A stretch of DNA of 64,000 nucleotides. Origin: the human T2T-CHM13v2.0 reference genome, Homo sapiens. Within the stretch, counting starts at the first letter, position 1. The number at the start of each line of letters is the position of its first letter. The notes under the pieces are model-generated. The model did not search any database. It had not been told where the DNA came from and saw only the letters and a program-made list of their open reading frames with translations. The DNA lies in assembly GCF_009914755.1 (NCBI RefSeq), contig NC_060931.1, one strand, 5' to 3'. This document shows, piece by piece, positions 15,056 through 31,421 of the stretch. Made by a program: the position numbers and the translations under genes.

Positions 15056-16171
15056 CATTGTTGTAGTCATCACAGTGTGTCTTCAAACTTTGAAAACTTT
15101 TAAGTTGAGAAACCATTTTTGAAATGAGATCTCAGGTAATATATAAAACAAAGTAGCATGCTCTGCTTACAGAGTAAGTGGGGTTCCAACTCCACTTACA
15201 CCTGTTCTGCTTCCCCTTCCCCAACCCCTCTCTGCTTACTCTCTCCCTGTGTTCCCTCATCCTTCACAACAGGAAAAAAACCTGAACACCACAGCTTTAA
15301 CATACATATATGCAGAATTTCCAAAGTTTACAGCATGACAAAGATGGACAGCAGAGTTTTTCATCATTTGACTATGACCTTGTGGTAATTTTTTTTTCTT
15401 TTACATACTGCTAAGCCTTCCAAAAAGATTTTCTGTTTCTTGGTTTTATGTTTTCTTTTAGAATTGAAGTTCTTCAAGATCAGGGACCACATCTCTAAAT
15501 TCTCCAAATAATGTCTCAGAATCTTGTATAATAAAGGCTGCCATTTTTAGGGAAGCTGGGAAATGTTGTATACATTTGCATTTTGAATTAAAGGTGTCCT
15601 CATTTCCAGTGAATCACTTATTTTGAATTGATAAGGTTAACTAATACATGCTGCGTATTTGAATAACCTGTTAGGAACAATGGAGAAAAATTGACCCACT
15701 TTTTTGTTAAGGGTGGGGTGAGCCTGGTCCACAAAGAAAAACATACCTAACTAGTGGCTTGAGCATGGAAGTAAGAGGAACTGAAATAAGCTCTACTGCA
15801 TCCCACCTCTCTGCTTCCCAAGGGAGCTACTTTAGCCTAGGACCATAGTCACACTTACTTCTAGAATAGGGGAGAGTTCAGGAACAAGCTATAATTAGAT
15901 AGAGAAACACAAAACCAAGGCCCAGCGTTTGAACCCAGGAGTATCTATTAGCCATTGGAGCAGCATCCTACAAACAGGTGCTAAACAAACACATTTCAAT
16001 GGTGACAATTTTGATAAATTCTCCACAGAAAAATCTCCCTTATGGGAGGAATAAAAAAGAAAAGTGTTTTTACTCATTGGTAATTTATTCTAGACCATGT
16101 TATTTTAAATTTCACTGAACAGTTATAGAATATATATAATAAACAAATGTATTTATATCATTGGCAAATGA

Positions 16172-16521
<350 letters not shown>

Positions 16522-16779
16522 TGAATGTGTTGTTTTTTAAAATTTTAAAACTAGTAAATGTTGTTTATTAAAATCAAGAGCCAGCAAAATATTGAAAATA
16601 CCAAAAGACATAAAAATTCATTATCCTGCTTTCCAAAGATAATACTGTCAACATGTTAGTTTCTAGAAGATTGTAAATTAATCAGCATTTGCTTAAAAAC
16701 TGAACTTAAGAAATAGATATGTTCGTCTCTTCAAATTGAGTAAGGCTGATTAACATCCATGAGATGGTAGTTTGTCATT

Positions 16780-17200
16780 CTGAATAAAATCTAAATATCC
16801 AGGCTTGGCCTGCTAGGCCCTGTGTGAGGCTGTCCCTCCAGCCTCATGCCACACTGTTCCCCTCATCTGCTCCCTCATCACTGTGGCCTTCCTCCACATC
16901 TTCCCCCATCCCAGCTACCCACTGCTTTCTTCCCAGAATGCTCTGTGCTGCCCTGTGGTCTCAGCATAAATGTCATTCTGCAGAGCAGTTTTCTAAATCA
17001 GGTTCCCTCCTGTTACCCTTTGCCACAGTCCCCTGCCAGGTCCTTCATTGCATGTATCACAAAATACATTTATTTGTACTGGTTTTCTGTTTGTCTTTCC
17101 CTATCCCAACTGTGAGCTCTGTGCAGCAGGGCCACATGTGTCCTGTGTCCCTCACAAGGGGCTGAGCCACGGTAAGCACTCAGTAGGTGTTTGCTGAGTG
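16780..17200 (+). mobile_element. L2-type fragment
   Basis: Pyrimidine-rich L2 3' region ending gcactcagtaggtgtttgctgagtg. Confidence 0.55.
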
Positions 17201-19778
17201 GAGTAGTGGAGGGACAGCACCTTGTAGGGGAGGAGCTGGATCAAACTGGATAACCTCTGGGGTGTCTTCCTTCCATATCATACATTGTATTCTGTGAGTT
17301 TCACAATAACTCAGGCCCAGATTGACAGACCATCATCACATGGAAGGTAATAAGCCTTCAGGAGGCAGGTTAACATGCGTACATTGGATGAGGAACTAAA
17401 TCCAACTGTGAAATCTAATGTTTCATTAAATAATACAAATATGTGAGTGTAATATGGTACATATTCACATTTTTGTAGAGATTTCCTTATTGACATAAAT
17501 CTTACATATTTCTTTCCAGTCAGAGCTGTACCTTTTGCCAAGAGAACAGGGCATGGAGTATATACACATAGTGTACATTCAATACAGGACAGTGGATAAA
17601 GGGCAGGAACAACTCGTTCTTTTATAAACAAGCATTTTGGAGATGCTCTGTGCACACAGTAGGCACCAAGCAAATCTGAAGTCATCAGGGGAGCCAAATA
17701 ACACATCTACAGACAAATCTATGCAAAGCAGGTCGTTTGAGGACTGTCTTTAAAAGGCACTTGCCCCTAGATGTCACTCTTAAGAAGCATTTTATAGGAG
17801 AAAAGTCTGGAGCCCATTCGTTGTGTTATTTTAATCTAGGATGACTGTGGAAATTTTCTTGCCAGTTTTATCAGGCCCACCCTGTTTCCAGTTCCGCAGT
17901 CTTATCCCCATGCCAGCGTATACCCAAGCCTCCAACCTGGAGGCTCAGCCACATGCCCAGTCTCTATGCAGGGTCCTGACTCAGGAGGTTTTTAAGAACC
18001 TTTATTCAACCAGAGTCCATCTCTTCTGTGGTCTAGCTCTACTCTTGGGTCCCACATTGTTTTAACTGCTTCTGTTTCAGTTTCTCCACCAGAGGTCTCT
18101 CTGTTTGTTACCCAGCTGCTAGAACTAGGGCCCTAATCCCTCCTGTCATTTTTCTTGCTGGAGACTTGAGTATTCTCCCAAGCCCAGCCACAGGGACCAC
18201 AGAGACCTTGTAATCTGACATTCTTCCAAGGGCTGCAGCCATCTCAGCATCATTTCCGGTCACTATTCTCTACCTCCCCTTCCTTTGTGTGATAACCCTC
18301 ATCCTTGTCTATACTTATAACCTGCTAGGCTGGATTTTCTCAGCCTCCTGCTCTAGCCTGTTATAGTTACCAGGCCTTATTCACCATATCCAAAATAGGA
18401 CACTAATTCAACGCACACTGACTAAATACATACTACAGTTTAGGCACCGTGCCAGGCATAAAGAAGGATCAGGTACTGCCTTTGGCAAGGCAAGATATTT
18501 TCCCAGTTTGGTCCCTTTCAAATACAGTTGTTCCCTAATTCATCCTGATTTTAAAGTAGTGAATCTTGTCCAATATTGAACTTGGCTTCTGAACATTAAG
18601 CATTCATCCATCTTATATATGCAGATTATCTGTAGTGTATCAGACACTGCATTGGGCATAGGTGAGACAATAGAGCATGGCCCCAGAACATGGCAAGAAA
18701 GCTACTTACACAACTTTGTGCCAAGAAATACCTTGTGCTAAGAGTGTCCACAGTGGTTTGCAGAGGGAGCAATTAATCCTGCCCTAGAGGATAGAAAAGG
18801 GCTATTCAGAGAAGCATGTGTTTTTCTCAGGCCTTAAGGGATGAATTCAGTTTCATTTTTCCAGGCAGATACAGGGAAGGGAGGGAACATCCAGACAGAA
18901 AGAACAGCACGAGCAAGTGCATGAAGTTAGAAAAGTACATACAATCAGTATTTAGGAACAAGAAGTATATTTACCTGGTATGGATAGAAAGTGGTATTTC
19001 TGGAAGTGTGTAGTAGAATTTGAGTCAAGAAAGGAAATTTGGGTCCAACTTGAAGCAGTACATAGGCTGGATTAGAGAGGTGGAGGGTAGAGCAAAGCAA
19101 AGAAGTCATTTGGAGCTCATTCGATTAATCACAAATAACCATAATTAAGGTCTATTATAGGTCAAGCAGGAGATGACCAGTTCATCTGTCACCCATAATG
19201 TACTGAGCTGATAAAGGATTCCGTCTTGGGATCTGCACCCCGACCCACTGACTAGGCCAGGCTCAGGCTCCCCTGTCTCAGTGTGAAGACTTTCAGTACT
19301 CACTATCTCTCCATGTTATGCACTGGAAGATATCCTCAAAGAAGGGTCTGATTTCAGCCATTTGTAGGAGTTTGAATATGTTGGTGTGATATCTCCCCCA
19401 TATGCAGACTTGTGCGGCTTGTCAAACTGTTAGGACTTTATTAAGCTTGTCAAATTTAAATTACTATTCTGGAAAAGATACGAATCCAAAACTGGAAAGA
19501 TAATAACCTTTTAATTGACATCATTCTCTCAATATTTAGTTTCTTTCAGAACATTTTGTCTAACATAGAATATTGTCAGGGACATTGTTTACCATATTAC
19601 AAAACATACTCTCTCTATTAAGATCTTCTTGTGAAAATTCTACTGGTCTCAGTTTCTAGAAAAGCTGTGCTTCTCCTAAATAGAGATGTTTTCTTTTAAA
19701 TTTTCTGAACATTGACTACAGTTAACAGATTATGTCCTTTTAGCTAGAGATATATTTGAAGACTTCCTATAGCAAGTA

Positions 19779-20119
19779 CTGTCATGCATTGCTTAACAGT
19801 GGGGATACATACAGAGAAATGCATCATTAGGCAATTTCGTCATTGTGTAAACATCAGAGTGAACTTACACAAACCTAGGTGGTAGTCTTCCACACACCTA
19901 GGCTATATGATATAGCCTATTGCTCCCAGGCTCCAAACCTGTACAGCATGTTACTTACTGAATACTGTAGGCAGTTGTGACACAATGTTATGCACTTGTG
20001 TATCTAAACACATCTGAACGGAAAAGGAACAGTAAAAATATGGAATTATAATCTTATGAAACAACTATGATAGATGCAGTCCATGGTTGACCAAAACATT
20101 GTTATGCAGTACATGACTG
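19779..20119 (-). mobile_element. Tigger3a (MER7A)-type TcMar DNA transposon relic
   Basis: Terminal inverted repeats c(t)gtcatg...catgactg flanked by TA dinucleotides. Confidence 0.82.
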
Positions 20120-20284
20120 TATATAGGACTTGTGATGTACAGTTTTAAATTAGCCTCCTTCCCCAACCCATTGTGGATTGTTTCCTTTCCTTTTTTCAGC
20201 CAATTCTAACTAATGCTATTTTGACTTTTGTATCTCCAAATAGTCCACCTTAAATCCTTTTTGGAACAAGGCTGAAGGATAAAT

Positions 20285-20316
20285 CACACACACACACACA
20301 GACACACACACACACC
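20285..20316 (+). repeat. Interrupted (CA)n microsatellite
   Basis: Read directly. Confidence 0.9.
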
Positions 20317-23300
20317 CCTACGTGCACGCTATCAGAATATTGACTAAAGTAGAATAGCTTATTGTAGCATTTAGGTTTCTAATGTGCTTCTAGCTAAATA
20401 TTCGAGAAGATGACAGTACAGCCCTTCTCCTGGTAAACAGAGCTAGTCTGAGAATCACTTTTCAAGTACTTACAGATAAAAATCCTAATTCAAACTCATC
20501 AAATGCATGGCCAAGTACCAGACACACTCCTCTTTTGGATTTACCAGAAAGTGTGCTCTCATGCACTGTTAGGTCTAATAATCAGTGACCTTCTCTGTTT
20601 TGCCAAAATAATTCCTAAAGACTGGCTAGCCAATGCATTGATTTTTATTAAAAAAACAAAATAACAAAATAAAATTCTCTGCCTTTGACTGGAATGATTT
20701 TTATCCATTGTCTCCTTCCTCTAGCAGACAGAGGCAACATTACTATTTAGGAAAAGTAAGTGGAGGTTCCACTTCATTTCTAGATGAAAATGGAGGATTT
20801 TGATGTTAAGTATTTCATGTGACCTCAGACAGTCTGTAGCAGCCACAGCTCATCAGTGGTTAATAAATTAGTAGATTGTATATAAAAGTAGTTTGTTTTC
20901 AGTTTAGTGAACTGATAGTTGGGGCAGTTAGCAAATCAAGTAAAAGTTTGGGCCCTGAAATGATAATGAATTCCTTTGTTCCCAAGACTTCTAAGGGCAG
21001 TAGCTTTGTAAAAACAATTCTTTCTGTTAGTACTAGATGCTATAATTAAGGCATTTGAATCAACAATGAAATTGAGAGCAGATGTACTACGTAGGCTCAA
21101 TCTATTTATTAGCTACTAATGGAGAATGTTCTAGCTAATGGCATTAATAATAATGTAATGTTCCCCACATTTGTAGTCATTAACAAGTGCATTAAACCAA
21201 GTCCTCGAAGTCAGATTTTTCCCTTACTCTTCTTCTCTCAATAATACAAATCCTTCAACAGTCAGTTGAGAAGGAGAGAATGAGGATGTTTGAGGTCAAG
21301 GAGAGGCAGCCCTGGCAGAAGGGAAAATTACAGCCAGTAACTTCTGTGTTCTGTGTTTTCCCCTGAGCTCCCCAGGCCACATCCTCATAGTCCCTGAAAC
21401 CACAGGCCTCTAGGCCAAGGTAGTGTCAGAACACTCCCACAGACCCTGTGGCTGAGTCCAAAAGGCAGAAATGAAACTTCTGGGACTGAGCGGGCAGGGC
21501 AGGTGCTCGGCTGTGCCCCCCAGGGTGAGAGAACCACCTGCAGGAAGCCAGTGTTGCTGTATGCTTCCATCCTGCCCACCTCAGTGGGCCAGCACCATGA
21601 CAGCCTCCCTTTGACACTGGTTGGAGTGAGGCTTATCCCCAACTCCAACCTACCTCACCCCCTAGGCCTTTACTAAGAGACCTTGTGGGCAGATGGTCTA
21701 GAGGGACAGTGAGCCCCTTAGCGTTGAACAGTATGTGTATTCAATAATGCAGCTCCTCGTGGTATTGATTAGTAATCATAGCCAACTACTTATGTAGCAC
21801 TTAAATCTCACCACAACAACATGAAATGGGTATCATTCTTATTATTCTTAATCTATATTTAAAAGAGGTTAAGTGACTTCTCCAGTGATATATAGTTTAC
21901 CAGTAATAAAGCCAAAATTAGAATTCATTCAGCTTGATGTGAATCTGTGTTGTTAACCACCACAGCACACTGCCTTTCAGCAAAGGCTGATTAAAGCTGC
22001 ACCAAGTCTCTAAGTGTGTACAGCCCATCAGAATCTCGACACTGTGTTTGACAAGCATGGGACGTGCAGTTAAACTGGGGAAGAAATTTCTTTCTCATAG
22101 AAGAGATCCTTGTGTGTGAAAATTAGAACTATCTGAATAAATTAGAATCAACAGAAATTCTTTATGTGAGTGAAATAGCCTTCGAGAAAAGCAGGACAGT
22201 TATTTCCTTTAACGCCTCTCCTTGGGTACAGCAGGGATAGGTGAATTCCTGCATCACTGCTTAACAAGTATTTACTGAGCACCAGTGGATTGGTGTTATA
22301 ATAACTTGGCCTCAGGTTAATTTCCCTCCTTGAAAATGTTCTATTAAAAAGAGTTTGACCACACAGTGGGCTCACACAGCAGGGGATTTATGTGGATCCC
22401 CCAGTGTATGGAAGGACAGAAAATAATTAAAAATCAGAATGTACTCTAATTCAAAACCAAAAGGCGTCCCCATCTATGTCCTTGTGAAAATTGTGCAAGT
22501 TGGCAAATTAATGAGGCTGTTGCCTGGGGTGAAGTCTGCACTTAGCCTGTATAATTACTAAGAAATGAGAGAGACCTCAGTGGGTCCTACGGATGAGCAA
22601 AAGAAAATAATTTCCGGACATAAGTGGAGTCATTAAGAATGCAAGAGCACTAATGCACTGGGGCCACTTCCAGGGGACAAGTGATGGCTGGGCAGCAGCA
22701 GCAACAGCCCACACAAGTCTCCCGCTTCTTGGTGAACAGGGAGGAAATGCAGAGGGGATGGTAGGCAAGGGAGAGGACTGACGTTTATTGAGCCTTCACT
22801 ATGTACCGGCCTCCATGCTGGGCGCTTTATGTATATTGTCTCACTTAGAAAATGCCAGAATATTCCATGGGTTTTGTATTGCTTAGGATGATGTGTACCC
22901 TGCCCAGCCTTGACATACAGAATGACACAAGCCTGACCTCAATTATCATTGCAGTTACCCTACCACACACAAATGTCACAGACAATATCAGCTAAAAGCA
23001 AAAGAAAACTCACTATTAATATTTTGTCCTATAAATTTATATTCTTTTTTCTATATAAATATTTTGTGTTAATTTACCAAAATGGGATGCATTGTTTTAT
23101 ACCTACCTCTTAAACACTTTTACATGTTTATTAAATATCCTTCTACAGTATCTTTCTAGTAGTTCCAGGACATGCAATTTTAAGTACTTTTTGTGAATCT
23201 TTTTTTATCAGTCCCCTATTGTAGGACATTATTAATAGATTGCTTTCAAGTTTCCACAATTTTAAACCATGTTCTAATGAACATCCTTATAGATAAATCA

Positions 23301-23428
23301 CTGCAAAATTATTCAGTATTTTTAAAGATAGATTCCTAGCATGGAAGTTGCTGGGTAAAAGGATATAGATGTTTTTAAAGCCAGGTTTATTGAGGTATGT
23401 TTTACATAGAGTAAAAATCACCCTTTCT

Positions 23429-26400
23429 TTTATTTTTGGCTGGGGGTACATGTGAAAGTTTGTTACATAGGTAAACACATGTCACAGGGGTTTGTTGTAC
23501 ACATCATTTCGTCACCCAGGCATTAAGCCCAGTACCCAATAGTTATCTTTTTTGCTCCTCTCCCTCCTCTCATTCTCTCCCCTCAAGTAGATCCCAGTGT
23601 CTGTTGTTTCCTTCCTTGTGTTCATAAGTTCTTATCATTTAGCTCCCACTTATAAGAGAGAACATGCAGTATTTGGATTTCTGTCTCTGCATTAGTTTGC
23701 TAAAGATAATAGCCCCCAGCTCCATCCATGTTCCCGCAAAAGACATGATCTCATTCTTTTTTATGGCTGCATAGTATTCCATGGTGTATATGTACCACAT
23801 TTTCTTTAATCAGCCTATCATTGATGGGCGTTTAGGTTGATTCTGTGTCTTTGCTATTGTGAATAGTGCTGCAGTGAATATTTCTGTACATGCGTTTTTA
23901 TGGTAGAATGATTTCTATTCCTCTGGGTATATACCCAGTAATGGGATTTCTGGATCAAAATGGTAGTCATGCTTTTAGCTCTTTGAAGAATTGCCACATT
24001 GCTTTCCACAATGGTTGAACTAATTTACACTACCACCAACAATGTATAAGTGTTCCTTTTTCTCCACAACCTCGCCAGCATCTGTTACTTTTTGACTTTT
24101 TAGTAATAGCCATTCTGAGTGGTGGGAGATGGTATCTCATTGTGCTTTTGATTTGCATTTCTCTAATGATCAATGATGTTAAGCTTTTTTCATATGCTTA
24201 TTGGCTGCATGTATGTCTTCTTTTGAGAAGTATCTGTTTGAGTCCTTTGCCCACTTCTTAATGGGATTGTTTTTCTCTTGTAAATTTGTTTAAGTTCTTT
24301 ATAGATGCTGGATATTAGACCTTTGTCAGATGCATAGTTTGTAAATATTTTCTCCCATTCTGTAGGTTGTCTGTTCACTCTCTTGATAATTTATTTTGCT
24401 GTGCAGAAGCTCTTAAGTTTAATTAGATCCCACTTGTCAATTTTTCCTTTTGTTGCAGTTGCTTTTGGTGTCTTTGTCATGAAATCTTTGCCCATTCCTA
24501 CAACCAGCATGGTATTGCCTAGGTTGTCTTCCAGGATTTTTATAGTTTTGGGTTTTACATGTAAGTCTTTAATCCAACTTGAGTTGATGTTTGTATATGG
24601 TATAAAGAAGGGGTCCAGCTTCAATCTTCTGCATATGGCTAGCCAGTTATCCCAGCACCATTTGTTAAATAGGGAGTCTTTTCCTTGTTGCTTGTTTTTG
24701 ACAGCTTTGTCAAAGATTAGACAGTCATAGATGTGTGGCCTTATTTCTGGGCTCTCTGTTTTGCTCCTTTGGTCTCTGTGCCTGTTTTTGTACCATTACC
24801 ATGCTGTTTTTGTAGCCTTGTAATATAGTTTAAAGTCAGGTAATATGATGCCTCCAGATTTGTTCTTTTTGCTTAGGATTGCCTTGGCTATTTGGGCTCT
24901 TTTTTGGTTCTATATGAATTTTAAAATAGTTTTTTCTAGTTCTGTGAAGAATGTCATTTGTAATTTGATAGAAATAGCATTGAATTCCTTTGGGCAGTAT
25001 AGCCATTTTAATGATATTGACTCTTCCTATCCATGAGCATGGTATGTTTTTCCATTTGTTGGTGTCTTCTCTGATTTCTTAGAGCAGTGTTTTATAATTC
25101 TCATTGTAGAGATCTTTCACCTCCCTGGTTGGCTATATCCCTAGGTATTTTATTCTTTTTGTGGCAATTGTGAACGGGATTGCCTTTCTGATTTGGCTCT
25201 TGGTTTGGCTGTTGTTGGTGTATAGGAATGCGTGATTTTTTACACTGATTTTGGATCCTACAACTTTGCTGAAGTTGTTTATCAGCTGGAGGAGCTTTTA
25301 GGCAGAGACTATGGGGTTTTCTAGATATAAAATCATGTCATCTGCAAACAAAGATAGTTTGACTTCCTTTCTTCCTATTTAGATGTTCTTTATTTCTTCC
25401 TCTTGCCTGATTGCTCTGGCCAGGACTTCCAATACTATGTTGAATAGAAGTGGTGAGAGAGGGGTTCCTTGTCTTGTGCCAGTTTTCAAGGGGAATGCTT
25501 CCAGCTTTTGCCCATTCAGTATAATGTTGGCTGTGGGTTTGTCATAAATGGCTCTCATTATTTTGAGATATGTTCCTTCAATACCTAGTTTATTGAGAGT
25601 TTTTAACATGAAAGGGTGTTGAATTTTATCGAAAGGCTTTTCTGTGTCTATGGAGATAATCATGTGGTTTTTGTCTTTAGTTCTTTGTATGTGAGAATCA
25701 CATTTATTGATTTGCGTATGTTGAACCAACCTTACATCCTGGGGATGAAACCTACTTGATCATGGTGGATTAGCTTTTTGATGTGCTGCTGGATTTGGTT
25801 TGCAAGTATTTGAAGATTTTTGTATTGATGTTCACCAAGGATATTGGCCTGAAGTTTTCTTTTTTGTGTGTTTCTGCCAGGTTTTGGTATCAAGATGATG
25901 CTGCTCTCATAGAACGAGTTGGGGAGGAGTCCCTCCTCAATTTTTTAGAATAGCTTATATAGGAAGGGTACCAGCTCTTCTTTGTACATCTGGTAGAATT
26001 CAGCTGTGAATTGATCAGGTCTTGGGCTTTTTTTTGGTTGGTAGGCTATTTATTACTGATTCAATTTTGGAGCTCATTATTGGTCTGTTCAGGGAATCAG
26101 TTTCTTCCTGGCTCAGTCTTGGGAGGGTGTATGTGTCCAGGAATGTATCCATCTCTTCTAGGTTTTCTAGTTTGTGTGCATATTTGTAGTAGTTTCTGAT
26201 GGTTGTTTTTATTTCTGTGGGGTCAGTAATAACATTCCCTTCTTCATTTTTAATTGTGTTTATTTGGATTATATATATATTTAGGCTACTTTATATATAT
26301 ATTAAGGATAGTTAAGTCTTCTTGTTGAATTGAACCCATTACCATTATGTAATGCCATTCTTTGTCTTTTTTGATCTTTGTTAGTTTGAAATCTGTTTTG

Positions 26401-28374
26401 TCTTAAATTAGGACAAACCCCTGCTTTTTTTCTGTTTTCTATTTGCTTGGTATATTTTCCTCCATCCCTTTATTTTGAGCCTATGAGTGTCATTACGCAT
26501 GAGATGGGTCTCTTAAAGACAGCATTACCATTGGGTCTTGCTTTTTTATTCAACTTGCCACTTTGTCTTTTAAGTGGGGCATTTTGCCCATTTACATTCA
26601 AGGTCAGTATTGATATGTATGGATTTGATCCTGTCATTGTGCTATTAGCCGGTTACTATGTTAGCTTGTTTGTGTGGTTGCTTTACAGTGACACTGGTCT
26701 GTGTGTTTAAGTGTGGTTTTGTATTAGCTGATAGCAGTCTTTCCTTTCTATATTTAGTGTTCCTTTCAAGGTCTCTTGTAAGGCAGGTCTGGTGGGAATG
26801 AATTCCCTCAACATTTGCTTATCTGAAAAGGATCTTAAGTCTCCTTCACTTAGGAAGCTTAGTTTGTCTGGATATGAAATTCTTGGTTGAAGATTTTTTT
26901 CTTTAAGAATGTTGAATATAGGCCCCAAATCTCTTCTGGCTTGTAGGGTTTCAGTGGAGAGGTCCGCTGTTAGCCTGATGGGGTTCCCTTGTAGGTTACC
27001 TGCCCTTTCTCTCTAGCTACCTTTAACATTCTTTCCTTCATTTCGACCTTGGAAAATCTGATGATTATGTATCTTGGGGATGATCTTCTTGTGTAGAATC
27101 TTGCAGTTCTCTGTATTTCCTGAATTTGACTGTCAGCTTCTTTAGCAAGCTTGGGAAAGTTTTCATGGATGATGTCCTGAAATGTGTTTCCAAGTTGTTT
27201 GCTTTATCCTCCTCCCTTTCAGGGATGCCAGTGATTCGTAGATTTGGCCTTTTTACATAATCCCATACTTCTCAGTGGTTTTTTTTTTCATTTCTTTTTT
27301 TTCTTTTTTCTTTATTTTTGTCTGACTGTCTTATTTCAGAGAACCAGTCTTCAAGTTCTGAGATTCTTTTCTCAGCTTGGCTTATTCTGCTATTAATACT
27401 TGTGATTAAATTGTGAAATTCTTATATTGTGTTATTCAGCTCTGTCAGACCCATTAGGTTCATTTTTATACCAGCTATTTCATTCTTCAGTTCCTGCATC
27501 ACTTTATTGTGATTCTTATTTTCCTTGGATTGGGTTTTGCCATCCTCCTGAATCTCAATGATCTTTGTTCCTGTCCATATTCTGAATTCTGTGTCTGTCA
27601 TTCCAGCCAGTTCAGCCTGGTTAAGAACTCTTGTTGGAGAACTGGTGTGCTTGTTTGGAGGACATATGACAATTTGGCCATTTGAGTCACGAGAGTTCTT
27701 GTGTTGGTCCTTTCTCATCTCTGCATGTGGGTGCTCCTTTAACCAGTTGTAGATTGAGAACAGTCAACAGAATTCTTTTCTGGATGTTTTCACCAGGCCA
27801 AGGCTTTGTGCAGGGTCTTTATTTGAAGCTGACTTCTTGTCCCTGGTTTCAGAGGGAGGTATGTTAGTGAGGTATTTTTGGTGTTGAAGCTTTGGGGTAT
27901 GATCCAGCAGGTGGCACTTAGGCTTATTGGTCGGTTGGTAGACTCTTGCTTGGTTGTGTGGCTCCCCCATGTTAACTCACAGTTGCAGCCATGTTCTCTC
28001 TCAATGCTCTGAAAGTGTGGGTTTCTCTCCCCCTTGAGTGCTGTCTGTAGATCATGACTTGGCACTCCTCGGATGCCCACTGCAGCTCTTGTGTAATCTC
28101 AGTGTTTATGTTCCTTTCCCAACTTGGAGGCAGCAGAGGAAGGGACTTTGGTATTGGTTGTGGCCAAGGGTCATTTGCTTGTCACCTGGGGACTCCACCC
28201 CAGAGAGATGCAGGTCAGCAGTGGCTCAGTGCAAGCAGCCCAGGATGGAGAGTCTGTGCTGTGGGCCCAAGCCAGGGGTTTCCTGTCGTGTCAAGCAATG
28301 CGGGGGGTGTGTGGGATGCACGGGAGACACACTGGCCTCCTCTCCTTGGGTCAGCTGCAGCTTGCTGGAGGTGT
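23429..28374 (-). mobile_element. Old primate L1 (~4.9 kb; 3' UTR, disrupted ORF2, ORF1, partial 5' UTR), antisense in intron 10 and nested in an older L1M 3' end
   Basis: ORF2 peptides at 24190-25729, ORF1 peptides at 26707-27718; 15-bp TSD aaaatcaccctttct at 23414 and 28375. Confidence 0.93.
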
Positions 28375-29756
28375 AAAATCACCCTTTCTAGGTGTACAGT
28401 TCTGTGAATTTTGACAAATGCATCAGTCATGTAACCACCATCACAATTAAGTTATATAACATTTATAAGCACTTTAAAGCTTTTGATGCATGTTAATCAA
28501 ATTACCTGCTGGTAACATTATATGTATTCCTATCTACCATCAGCTTATAAAATGTGAACATTGGGTATTGTCCTTAAAAGACTAAAAAAAAAAAAGTCCA
28601 GTTTTTAGGTAAATTTTCCATCTCATTTTAAGTTACTTTTTTTAATATTAATGAAGTTGCATTTTTTTTGTAGGTTTATCTGTTTTTATGTCTTACAGTG
28701 TGAATTTTTGTTATGTTTTTGGCCTGTATTTCTGGCCAATTATCTCTTTCTTATTGATTTTTAAGAACTATTAGGGGGCTGGGGTTGAAAGAGTGATCTG
28801 TCATGTCGCAAATACATTTTCTTTTGTCATTAAGCCACTTTTAATATTATGTATAGCTTTTTTTCTCTCAAAAGTTTTAAGTTCCTGTAGTCTCACCATC
28901 TTTTCCTCATAGAGTCCACCATGGAAGTCATCTTCATAAAGTCCTTTCCCACTCCATGATTATTTAAATGTTTTCCCTTTTTAAATTTAATTCATCTGGA
29001 ATTTATTTTTGGTATATCACATGGAGTAGAATTTTATTTTCTCCCCCAAATGATGAGCCACTTGTCCTGGTCCCATTTATCAAATAATAGATCTTTTCCC
29101 CACCAATTTGAAAAGCCACCTGTATTATATATCATATTTATATACTTAAGTATGTCTCTGAACTTTCCCTTCTGTTCCACAAAATTCCTTGTCTTTTTGG
29201 GAGAAGACTACTTACTGGTTCGCACTGTTTTTAATAATGTAGTTTTATAAAATGGTTTAATATCTGGTTTGGCAAGTACTACTTTTCATTATTATACTTT
29301 TTCAAAATGTTCTCTCAGGCCCTAATTATTTCAGATGAACTTTAAACCATATCTGAGTTTAAACACCCAATAAGAATTTGTATTGAAATTTTATGTTTAT
29401 AGATTAATCTAAGAATAATTTATATCATTATAAGCAGTCTTGTCACTGAGGGATGTTCAAAAACTGACTCATTGCTCTTCAGAGATTAAAGTTTTATAAT
29501 TTTTTAAGAGTATAAAAATTATAAATTATAAAAATTATAAAAGCATAGGTTCTACATGTTTTATGTGTTCATCCTAGGAATCATGTTATTGTTGTTACCA
29601 TTGATTTTAGCATCTGTTTTTGCATTTTACTTTCCAACTTGTGGATCCTATTTACAGCATTCTATTTATTAATTTTTATAAAAACCTAGTTTATTAAAAA
29701 CTACTTACAGTAATATTTGATTTTTTAAAGACAATTAGGTCATTTGTAAATAATAA

Positions 29757-30227
<471 letters not shown>

Positions 30228-30923
30228 TAGATGTTAATGCAGTACCTTATGGTGAATTAATCCCTCAGCTTTAGAATAAACCTTATTTGGCTATGGTGTA
30301 TTAATCTTTTAACATTATGCTCAATATTTATTATTTGAAATATATATATAATCACTAACTTTAGTTTTCTTTAATATACTATCTTTGTCAAGTTATGGTA
30401 TTAAGGTTGGATTATTCTCATGTTGTAAAATTGAGACTCTTGCATTTTTCTATGCTTTGGAACAATTTAAATGGCATAACCATACCTGTTGCTTAATAAG
30501 CAGACTTAGCTCACCTGTATCACCTGCTCCAAAGCTTTTTGGGGGACCATGAGCCATAGCATTTTTTAAAGCCCTCTCTCTCACTCAGTGTTCAGAATTT
30601 GTATTAAAATTTCAAAGTTCATTTAACAATTTTGATTATCAGAGTGAAAAGCTAATGCATCTGTTTTCTTAGACTTGAACAGAGTATAAAATAAAGATGA
30701 AAACTAAATCTCAAACACATTTCCATCAGTGCTTTGGATTTCATTAGTTCTTGGCAAACATTATTTACACTTACATAAAGTTTATTGATTCCAGTATGAT
30801 GTTCAAAAGCTGACTCGTTGCTCTTCAGAAATTACAGAAATGTCTACCCTCAATCTCTTGGGAAAGAAACTGAATTAAAAAGGTAGAGTAAGAAATAAGC
30901 TGAAACTTGTCTGTATCAATTAG

Positions 30924-31421
<498 letters not shown>

